Source: a virus (lineage: Duplodnaviria > Caudoviricetes). From it: a stretch of 25,998 bases of DNA. The position numbers and the translations under genes are program-made. Below, piece after piece: positions 1 to 10,100 of this stretch (its first letter is position 1; each line of letters begins with the position of its first letter). Location: the IMG/VR virus record IMGVR_UViG_3300025108_000336, positions 1 to 25,998 of that record. The stretch is one strand, 5' to 3'. Below the pieces are notes generated by a model, which made no database searches, had not been told where the DNA came from, and was given only the letters and a program-made list of their open reading frames with translations.

Positions 1-192
1 GCTTTTGCCAGTGGCATAGAACGTGTCTATGGCTTGCTTCTGGTCGTCCGACAAGGAAACCCCGTCACCTTCAAGCGCAGCGGCATAGGTAGATGCATCA
101 GAGTCTGTAAAGGAAAACCCGCCAACCAATCTGCCCACGATGCCCGTGGACAACGACCTCACAATGCCTCTGCTTGTAGGCCTGGTCGCCAT
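1..192 (-). CDS. Partial CDS (runs off left edge); probable tail fibre/receptor-binding protein N-terminus
   Basis: Not in the ORF track. ATG at 192-190 overlaps the TAA of the upstream gene (TAATG). Open to the edge: MATRPTSRGIVRSLSTGIVGRLVGGFSFTDSDASTYAAALEGDGVSLSDDQKQAIDTFYATGKS. Function inferred from position only. Confidence 0.6.
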   Translation of the reverse strand, partial: MATRPTSRGIVRSLSTGIVGRLVGGFSFTDSDASTYAAALEGDGVSLSDDQKQAIDTFYATGKS

Positions 193-464
193 TAGATTTT
201 CTCGTAAGAAACTTTGATGTCGGGAGAGGATGCGCCTGAAAGCACAAAGCGGAATCGTCCGGCACCGTTAGCGATGACTAGCTGACCGTTAGAAGTCAGA
301 CTGCCATCAGTAACCTCGACGGCATTGTCACCGTCGTATACACGCACAGACATTGTGCCACTGCTAAATGTGCCAAGCACATGCACGGCATATTCGCCAC
401 CCGGGAGAGGCAAACTGTCCTTGGTGCCGTTAGCATCAAACTCGATTACAGGAAAAGTTTTCAT
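192..464 (-). CDS. Small beta-rich hypothetical protein (90 aa), probably tail-fibre associated
   Basis: Same strand as the operon, 19 nt after the previous stop and coupled to the next gene. Alternating hydrophobic pattern typical of a beta-sandwich (YAVHVLGTF, VRVYDG, RFRFVLSG, IKVSYE). Confidence 0.7.
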   Translation of the reverse strand: MKTFPVIEFDANGTKDSLPLPGGEYAVHVLGTFSSGTMSVRVYDGDNAVEVTDGSLTSNGQLVIANGAGRFRFVLSGASSPDIKVSYEKI

Positions 465-483
465 GATGTTGGTTGTTGGGGAA

Positions 484-1140
484 TTAGTTGATTACGATGA
501 AATTGATTCTGGTTTCTGCGGTAGGCGCAGTATCGGGGTATAGAGTAAATGAACCATTTGCTGCTACTGCTTGCACTGCTTTCGTGGTGGCATCGTTAGT
601 GGCAACCGTGGCAATGATCACAGATTTTGTATTCACAAGCGAGTTGGTCACTACCAATGAGGATGCTGCTGCTGCAAAGTTCACCGAACCGGCAGCCTTG
701 TTGATTGTTTGTGCTCCTGTGGTAGCAGCCGCTGTGATTGTTTTGTCAATGGCCAGAGAGTCTAGGCCTCCGGTATGGATCATCTCCACCAGTTTTTGCA
801 CCTGGGTGACTACCACGTCCAAGCCCTTTTCCAGGTTCTCCATAGCACTCAGTTGTCCTTCGCGCATGTTGCGTTCCTGGAGGTAGTCTGGTCGCCTCGA
901 GATCCGCAGCGTGTGTGTGCTATCGTAAGGTGCAACAGTCACCAATGTGCCTCCTGACTCTTCGCCTGCGCCTGTAAGCGCAAAGTCTGTAGTCAAAGAT
1001 AGCTCAGTCACGTCGTTGTTTGCGTCCACTACATGACAGTAGATATCGCCGTTGTCGAAGAACTTGAACGGGATAGCATATGCAGTTACGCTGGAATTGT
1101 TTCCAGTAAACGTGGCTGTGGATGTCTCAGAGCTGATCAT
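484..1140 (-). CDS. Short tail fibre/tailspike anchor protein with T7 gp17-like N-terminal attachment domain (218 aa)
   Basis: N-terminus FTGNNSSVTAYAIPFKFFD...TDFALTG...GGTL...LRISR...LEKGLDVVVTQVQKL matches the pattern of podovirus fibre anchor domains. Lies directly after the large ejection protein. AAGGA SD upstream of the ATG. Confidence 0.8.
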   Translation of the reverse strand: MISSETSTATFTGNNSSVTAYAIPFKFFDNGDIYCHVVDANNDVTELSLTTDFALTGAGEESGGTLVTVAPYDSTHTLRISRRPDYLQERNMREGQLSAMENLEKGLDVVVTQVQKLVEMIHTGGLDSLAIDKTITAAATTGAQTINKAAGSVNFAAAASSLVVTNSLVNTKSVIIATVATNDATTKAVQAVAANGSFTLYPDTAPTAETRINFIVIN

Positions 1141-1189
1141 CGTATTCCTTCTCTTATGGTTTATTTGATAGTTTGGCTAGCCTAAACAG

Positions 1190-4100
1190 TTAATCCTCTA
1201 GTGCGGCTTCTATTAGCTTGGCAATATCTGTTACCAAATGACTGACAGAAGATGCGGCTGACAGGGTGTCATTGGCCAATGCCAGGCCTCCGAGGATTTT
1301 CTCTACCTCTTTCAGGTTCTTCATGGCGTCGCGCTCGCCAAAGTCCTTCAGGTTCCAGGTAGCCTCCATTGCCTGTGGTATGCTAGACAGCATGTTGCCC
1401 TCGGGCGACCACTCTCCTGCGGTAGCGTATATGCCGCTTTCGATAGCATCTCCTACGAATGGCATGCCTCCTAGCGGTTCGGTCAGGGTGGCAAGCATGA
1501 GCCGCTTAGGATCCCAATAGCGTTCGTCGAATACTTCGTCGTCTTCGCCGTCCTTCATATCACGCCATGCGGTGCGCATCAATGTGCCTAGAGCACCGTT
1601 GATCAGGAACATTAAGGCCAATGCGCGGCCTTTTTCACCCATGCTGGTTTGCTTGCTAAAGGTTCTGTATAAGCCCAGGGCTAGCTTCTGACGGCCTTCT
1701 GATGCAAATGCCCACCCAACACGCACAAACGGATTGGTAGCCGTGTTCTCGAAGATAGAGCGCGTGCCTGCGCGGGTAGGTTGCGCTACACGTTCGACCG
1801 ATCTCTCAGCCTCATTCTTAGCCCAGCGTTCAGCCTCGGCACCTGTCATGCCGTTCTGCTTGGCCATCTTGAGCTGATAGTCATACACGATAGCATACGT
1901 GCCTGCGGTCATGAGTGCGTCCATGCCACCGATTGCCTCGCCTGCTTTACGCACTAAGTATTTGAATGTGCTTGGCTTGCTGGCTTCCAGGCCTTTCATA
2001 GCCTCGCGCACCACGACCGGCATCTCATTAAGTCTGCGCTGAATGTAGCTGCTCTTAAATGCTTCGCGCCACATCTTCATGCCCTGCGGAGAAAACAGCT
2101 TGGAAAATCGGTAGATGTAGGATCCGACCGGCATTTCCGCGATAGCAGCACCTAGCTGTGTAGTCTGGATAATGATGACTGACAGGCGTCCAATTAGCAC
2201 TGCGCCTGCTGCACGTCCTAGCATTCTATTCAGAAGGCCTTGAATTGTGGAATATGCAGAAGCATCTACAATGCCTCCTGCGGTAAAGTATTGCTCCCAC
2301 TTGGAAAGCACCCTGACTCCTTGCTGACCTGCCTTAGACTCTACAGAATTGATGACATCTCGGTGGCGCATTACCGGTGACAAATCTTTCATCATAGGCG
2401 CATAGGCTAACCAGTGTCCGATTTGTTGAGTGTGGCTCAAGAATGTTTGAACTACGTCCCGGAACTCCGGCTCGGCAATAGATACGCCACGGGTGCGCAA
2501 ACTACCTGGAGTGAGCGATGCGGTTGACATTGACATGCCAGTAGTAGGATCGGTCATCTCCCCTTTACCTGCCTGCATAGGCTTAACGGTGATAGGAGAG
2601 TATAGAGCGTTCTGAGGCATGTTGATGCCGTTAATGTCTCTGAATGTCGGGTTGATCTGCGCATGCTCGCTACCGTAAACGTCGAGCAAATGAGCACGCA
2701 CTGCCTTAGCTTCGTCAGACAACTGGGCTTCTATTTCTGCTATGAAGTCTTCGTCGTAATTCCATTCGCCTGTCGGTTTGCCATCGTCGTCTTTGGGGCC
2801 GATCATGTGGCGACGACCGTCCTCCTGCATCCACATCATGGTGGCAGACAGTGCCTCAAACTCGGTTAGCTTACGGCCTTGTGACTCTATGCTTTTAACG
2901 CTGCCCAGCTTGTAGCGCAATTTCTCGCCTTGCAGTTTGCCACCGGCCAACTTGTTAAATAGTGCCTCTAGGCCTTCTGCGCGTGCTTGTATGAAGTCAG
3001 CCTTCTTTTGTGACGCTTTGCGCTCCAGGTCTACAAACTTCTTAACGATAGCTGAATTACGGCCAAATATGTAACCAAGCAGATCCTCGAACGAGAGGAG
3101 ATCCAGCAGGAAGTTTTTGCCGCCTGCTTTCATACCTTGTTCCTTGAGCATCTTGGCATCGCGCTCTGCACCGTGTCCTGCCTTGCCAGTAGCACGCTTC
3201 AGTTCTTTGCGCATTATCTCACGATCCTCGCGCTCCATCAGCTTCTTCAGCTTGTATGTAGCATAGCCTGCTTCAAACGCACGGGTAGCCTCTACGACTG
3301 CCTGGATCTTGCGGGACACTGATGCGTTCTTCCAGTTGCCTACAAGCCCGACCAGGTTAGCTTCCATGCGCATCTTGGCTTCTGCCTCGATTGTTTCAGC
3401 GTTGTCGGCAGCATCTAGTCTGCCATTGACGTGGGCATCTACCTCGTCCTGGCTCCACTTCTCTGCCTGCCGCAGAATGGCGAAGATGTCGTGAATGTCG
3501 GCACCTGCTTTGCCCCCAGGCTTTTTGCCTGCCACGTTTTTCGTGACCTTCTCTCGCTTGAATAGCTTCTTGAGCTGGACGTTCATTTCGCGGTTCATCC
3601 ACTTCTCGACTAATCCAGATGCAGATTTGATTCTGCCCTTGAGATACTCGAGCTGCTTCTCTGTTGTGTCCTGCTTGGCCATGGTCAAGGCACCGGTCAA
3701 TCTGCCGCGAAGATCAGGTGGCAGTGACTTTTGAATAGCCTCAAACATAGCCAGGGCATTCAGCACGCCTTCCTTCTCGTCGCTGAACTTGCCAGAGAAC
3801 TCTTTGCCAAAAGCATCGAAGTTGTATGCAGTGCCTCGGGTTTCGATGAAGGCCTGGATAGCCTGGAGCCTTTTGAGAAGATTCTCGAAGAAGGCCATCT
3901 TGAACTCGGGTGACTTGAGCATCCTGCGACGGGTAGCATCCATAAGGCCGACGACCATGTCATCTGTGCCTAGCTGGAACCGAATGTCGCCTTGTTCTGG
4001 GTCGAATCGTTGCGACAAAGGAATCACGTTTCCTGCGTCATCGCGGGTGATGGGGTCTGCTGACTTGATCTGGTTGGGGTTAAAAACTACAATTTCTGTC

Positions 4101-7100
4101 CCGTATGGCACGTTGCTACCGTATCCTTGCTTTGCAATAATGCCATCAAACCCAGCATCTTGTATCAACTTTCCTGCATAAACCCCGTCTTCATCAAACT
4201 TTTCTTCGTCAATGTTTGGAGTTTTTTGTATTAATTTTTTAAAGTTTTCCTCAGTCCCAGTATACGGGTTGGACATCGATAGATACGCAGCAACCTGTAT
4301 GTCGCCAAACTCCTCAGTGTCCCTAGCATCATCGCTAAAATAGATGCCTTCTCCTTGGCCTATTGCACTACCAACCTTAAATTTAGAAAAGGAAGCCTGA
4401 GTCCCATGCCACACAGGGCCAATGGTGTAGCCAGCAGCCTTAGCAGCCTGATCCACCATGTCCTGCACAGCATCCATTTCACCAGCCTCGACTACTGCCA
4501 TGTAGTCAGCGTCCATCTCCTGGGAGATGCTGTAGCTAAGGCCTTCTGTTACCGGTATTCTAAGCGTGCCTTGGGTAAGCAGTTCGTTCTTTGTCTCAGG
4601 CCTAAGTTCATCAAGAGTGACTTGTTTTTTTGCTCTTGCTACAGGCTCGCCTTTGATTACGTAAGCATAGCTTAGGTGCTCTGGAACACCTGCTTCTTCA
4701 GCAGTTTGTATAGTCTCAAGTGACTGACCGGGATCAATTTTGATTACGCCGACGATAGAGGTGTCAGGCAATCCTTTAAATGCAGGCTCTTCAAATTGCT
4801 CGACCATTTCTACAGCATCAGGAAATCCTGCTGCCGTCATTTTTTGCGAAAGGAATTTAGCGTAGGCAGTATGTTGCCCACGTTTTGCAGTGTAGCGTCG
4901 AGTCTTAGCAAAATAGTTTGAGCCTCGCTTGCGTTGCGGCATCTCCATGAGTGCCTTTTCCACTTCCTCTAGTGTCTTCCAGTTTTTAGTGTGACCGGTT
5001 GCCTGTTCGGAGGTTTTGCGAATTTCGTTAAGCATTTTGAGTGCTTTTGTCTTTGAGAGCTTTTTGTCGGCAATAGCTTTGCGCACCTTACCCATCCACA
5101 CAGTTGCGAAGGTTTTGTTTCCAATTACATTGCCTTCTGCCATAAGCACGAGCTTGGCATATCCACCAGTGTTTTTTACACGGTTGATTACGTCAGATGC
5201 TGCACCCTTAGAGTTAAATGCCCACACCACACGGTTGCTTAAATTTTCTACTATGGTCGGAAAAAACATTCCACCTTGAAGCGGAATGCCATCTATTTCA
5301 CCAACCTTCATGCGGTCTATTTGGATGACAGCAGTTTCGTCAGTCTCATTTAAGATCCGTTTGAACACGTCCTCGCTCATTACAGGCATAGCTTCAGGCA
5401 ACGTGCGAGGGCCAATGCTGAATGAAACGTCGCCCCAAGTCATGTCCTCTCCTTTGCGATTAGGATCGAGAGCATTGACATTAGCGTTGTTTGCCAAAGT
5501 GCCAGGCACAGCGTCTGGATCAAACCCTAATTGATTTTTTAATATGCTGTAGCTGATGTCTACTTCTGGCGTGCTTGGATCAATAAACCCTGTAGGCTCC
5601 TGACCATACTCAGGATTTTTAACGTATACCCTGGAACCTATTGACACGGCTTCTTCGCCGCCAATCACCAAACGCCTGTTTGATACATCTCTAAACCCGC
5701 TTGACCTGATTGGATTGTAAGACACTTCTGCGTATTCAGAAATGTCTTCAGGTATAACTGAGGTGCTTACTACCTCGCCAGCTACAGTAGCTAGTGGCGT
5801 TTTGCCCTGACCTGCTGCAATACGTATAGCACCACCTTTGCCACTGATTGCCCTAGTCATCATTTCCGCATTTTTTAAATGTGCCATAGGCATATAAGAC
5901 AATGTTTCCCCTACTCTAGTTGCAGTTTTGGCAACAGGCTTATGAAGCGTAACTGCATATACTGAATTGCCTGCTGCTGTAGATTTGTTCCAAGTTGGAA
6001 TGTCTATACGTGCCTCTACAAGTGTGCCTGGTTCAACTAGGTTCCCGACCTTTTTGTATTTAAGACTTTCGGGTTTGCCTATGTATTTGCGTATGTCGTC
6101 TTCAGTAGGTGGAGTCTCTACGCCTTTAGAAACAAACGGATCGATAACGTCTACTGCATCTGCATAGTCTTCGACAGTGATTTCCCCGTTCGCTAACCGC
6201 ACGGCAGCAACAGCTAGAATCGGGCTGCGTGCTTTTTGCTTATTACTCTCAGCTTTGTTTGCAGCTTTGACTTCCTCCTCGGTTGCCGGCGCATAGGTCT
6301 CTTCCAGGTTGGCAATGCTAAAGCGAATGTCAGGTTGCTCTGGGTCAAATCGCTGCGACAGAGGAATCACGTTGCCTGCGTCATCGCGGGTAACAGGGTC
6401 GGCTAGTTTGATTCTTTCTGGGTCGGTGATAGCGATTTCTTTGCCTGACTCATCTTCTCCCAGCTTGACCATTTCGAGGTCTGCGTAAGGGACGTAATCT
6501 TTTTCAGTGTCTGGCTTGAGGTATACTTGCATCTCTCTAGTGCCGTATGATATGCCAATACCAAAATCTTCCATCATTTCACGGATTCGTGGCCCATCGA
6601 TTGTGAAGTATGCGGCTTGCTTATAAAATGATGTGTTCCTGCCTCCTGGCCCTGTTCCAGTTCTGCTCATATCAAAAACGTGAAACTCATCAGACGCAGT
6701 CTGGTGAAACGCTTTGAGCCAGAATCCAGCAGCCTTCGCAGCCTGATCTACCATGTCCTGCGCGGCATCCATGTCACCAGCCTCGACTGCCGCCATGTAG
6801 TCGGCGTCCATCTCCTGGGAGATGCTAAAGCCCACTTCTGGCTTTGCTTCCATTTCTGCAATCTCAGCAGTAGCAGCAATCACGCTTTCCAACACAGATC
6901 CTTGCTCGGCATTAAGGCCAAACATTTTTCTGACTGCGTTAATCAAGCTCTGCCACAAGGTCATGCCTTTTGCTTTTGGATCAGGAATCTGGTTGAGAGC
7001 TTCCTGGAACACCCTGCTAGAAAACGTCTGTGCTACAAACTCATGCAAATTTGCTAGGCCATAGCCTACGCTGCCAGATATCCCTGCTTTTTTAGCCTGG

Positions 7101-10100
7101 GCTGACATTGGGTCGCCGGTTGTGCGACTCTGCTTGGTCAGTTCAGGGAAGTTCTTGTTAGCTAATAAATAGAGCCTGACCAGTTCTTGCATTTCTGGTG
7201 AGGCCGATTTTGCTTGCTCCTTGATTCTCTTTAAATACTCCGCGCCAATAGGCTGCTGCCCTTCCCTGTCTGTGATAGAATCTCTGGCTATAGGGTAATC
7301 GATTTCTTCTTCAATGCGCTTTTGCGTTGCGACGTGCATTACCTCATGGACGTAAGTCTCTGGGGTGTTTGCTGTAGATATGTAATTACCTTGCCAGCTA
7401 GCAGCGGCACGCTTACGCCGTGCGTTGTATACGTTGGGAGTTGTTAATACATCTTCCGGCAAACTGTCGAGTAGCTGCTGCGCAATAGGAGCCAGATCAA
7501 CAGTAGTCGTAACAGTTTGCAATACTGCGGGATAATATGTTATTGTATTGGTTGCTTCTTGTTGCGCTACGTATTGCAGGCCAGAGCGTTGGTCTTTACC
7601 CCACTTCTTGCGCTGCTCGTCCATTTGACGCTGCGCTCTGCTTTTAGAATCAGATGCATCTCCAATTTCGATAGTAGGTCTGCGCTGAAGATTTTCCGCA
7701 AACTCTTTGGCGTATCTATCTAATTCAATACCCCATCCCTCTTGCTTTTCAAAGTAATCTAAATCTGCTTCGCCTAATGCTAGCTCGTCTAATTGTTGCA
7801 ATACGCTCTTGATGCTGTTTGCTCGGTAGCCGCGAATGAGGAATGTAACGCCGTTTCCGAGGTCTAAATCTACTTCGGGTCCTCCGTAGGATAAATTTTT
7901 AAATTTCTTAATATACTTTGCCAGCGGGTGTTTTGCTATACTCGGTGGCACACCTTTAAAAATTTTGCGTGTTGCTGTAGTAACAAGTTTTTTCCCTCTG
8001 CGATAATAAAGCGCAGCATCTAGTTTCTTAATCTCTTCGTGCCTGTCTCTATCTACGATACCGCTAATATGTTCTTCAACACCAAGGTCTATTGTTTTAA
8101 TGGTGACATTGCTATATGTGTTAATATTATAAAACGCTCCACTAGGTGGGACGCTAGGCAAGTCATAGCTAATGCTGTAACCTAACGACGGGTCTTCTGG
8201 TGTTTCGCCGGTCATCTCTTGTGCTTCACGCTCTGTGCGCTGCTCCATGTCTACCTGGGAGTCGAGGCCGTATAGCTTATTTAGGAAATCATCGATCTTC
8301 TCCTCGCTGACAGTGCCGTCCTTCACGGCCTTGTTGAGTTGGGCAAGACGATAGAACTGGATTCCCCAGAACTGACGCAGAGCACGTAGCATGCTGGCAA
8401 TGCCGGTAGCTGCGCGACCCAGTGCTTCGTTCCTATTAGCCATAGCACTGACCATGCCTACCTCGATGTCTTTAGCGTTCATGTTGCCCTTGACGCCACC
8501 CTTCTTGCGGGTGCGCAGCACCATGACTTCCATTAGCTCTGCAACAGCTTCATCGATAGCTGTTGCCCTGGCTTCTCCCTCTAGTTCGTTAAAGTTGTCT
8601 GGCAGTAGCTTCAGGCCTACTTGCTTGTCGCCCACCTGCTTTGTGCTTAGGCCTTTGTCAATGTGCTGTAGAAACTCCACTACACCTTCCTCGGTCAAGC
8701 TGCCTCCAGGAGCCATAGCCTGTTTCAGGCGAACGTGTGCCTCCTCGTGGAATACTGTCATGATGTCACCACCACGAAAGATGCGAGTCACTACAGATTT
8801 GCCGTCTTTCTTCATTTGCTGGACACGCATGCCTTTGATTGGCGCATCTTTTTTAGTCTCCTGACCACGGCCTTCAGCAATTTCCTGCTGTTGGTCAAAT
8901 CGCTCTTCTGCTCCTTTGCCGTATTGTTGTTCGGCTTTTGAGCTAGTCATAAGCTCGTCTAGCTCTGCTCTTGCAGTTTCGTTGCCTTCAGTAGCTTTCT
9001 CCTGTGCCAACATGATAGAACCTAGCTCTGCTATCTCATTGACAGATTGCATCTCATACCACACATAGCGATCTTGCGCGGTTTTGATGGCTTCCTCCCG
9101 CTTCATGCCTGATCCAATAACCTCGCCGGTATTTCGATCAATGACGCTCCATGCGCCATTCGTATATTCAAATATAGGAAAGTCTTTGTTTTCTGCCTGG
9201 CGATTAGCCAACTCCATCTTCTCTTCAAACTCAGCAGCCTTGGCCTGGGCCTTCTTAAACTCTTCTACTGCTTCCTGCGCTTCTTCGCTATTCGCGTCGC
9301 GCTCCTTGTTGGCTTCTTGTAGTTCACGTCCAAACTCTGCGAAGTTGCCAGTTTTCTCTGCCTGCTCTGCCGCTTTGTCGAGACGTTCGCGTGTTTCCTT
9401 AGTCCAGCCCCAAGCACGTTTTTTAAGCTCTGAGGTGTCTCTCCAGGCTTTGTGCTGTTTTCGAGCGTTCATACCACCCGCACCCCCGAGAAAGGACAGG
9501 AAGATCATTTCTGCCGCAATATCGGGCGCACTGTTCCAGTAACCAGAAAGCTCTTCCCACCAGTTTACGTCGGGCATCTCCTCATTCAGAATGTTTGTCA
9601 AATCCATGACAACGTCCTGGGTCAGGTCTTCGCCAATCTCAATCGCGGTTTCAACACCAGTAACCAATGCGACTTTGCCTGCATACCTGGCTACCCGGTT
9701 GGTGATCGCATTGTCTAATTTGTCCATCGTGCGGTCGATCCACTGCAATCCTCTGGGCATCTTGCCGCGCACTGCAACAAGTTGCTGCACCTTGTTAAGA
9801 GCAGTCTGAGGCACTGCTACGACAGGCGCGACATTATTGGCGTAGTTTTGCGATTGTTCTTGGCTAAGGCCTGCTTGCAAACCGCGCATGAATAGATCCT
9901 CTCGTGCTGCACCTTCCATGCTTGCATACATTGCAGCGGTGCCGACATATGGCACTACCATAGATAAAGATGTAGCTGTGGTGCCTAGCGCGGAACCTAG
10001 CCACCTGCCGACGCTAGATCCTTCGATCTGGTCGTAGTTCTCGGCAGCCGTTTTTACAACAGCACGCCGGTTCAAATACTTGTTGTATTCCTGTGTAGAT

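Noticed and set aside
5790-5825. IAAGQGKT as a Walker A motif
   Set aside because: Lacks the first Gly of GxxxxGK[TS] and no Walker B follows.
4431-6826. ~100-nt repeat pair as a diversity-generating retroelement TR/VR
   Set aside because: Mismatches are not confined to adenines of one copy, both copies are in-frame coding, and there is no reverse transcriptase in the window.
3971-8179. Cassettes as inteins or a CRISPR-like array
   Set aside because: No Cys/Ser-start plus His-Asn-end intein signatures at the boundaries. Units are irregular in length, coding, and the shared motif is only about 9 nt.
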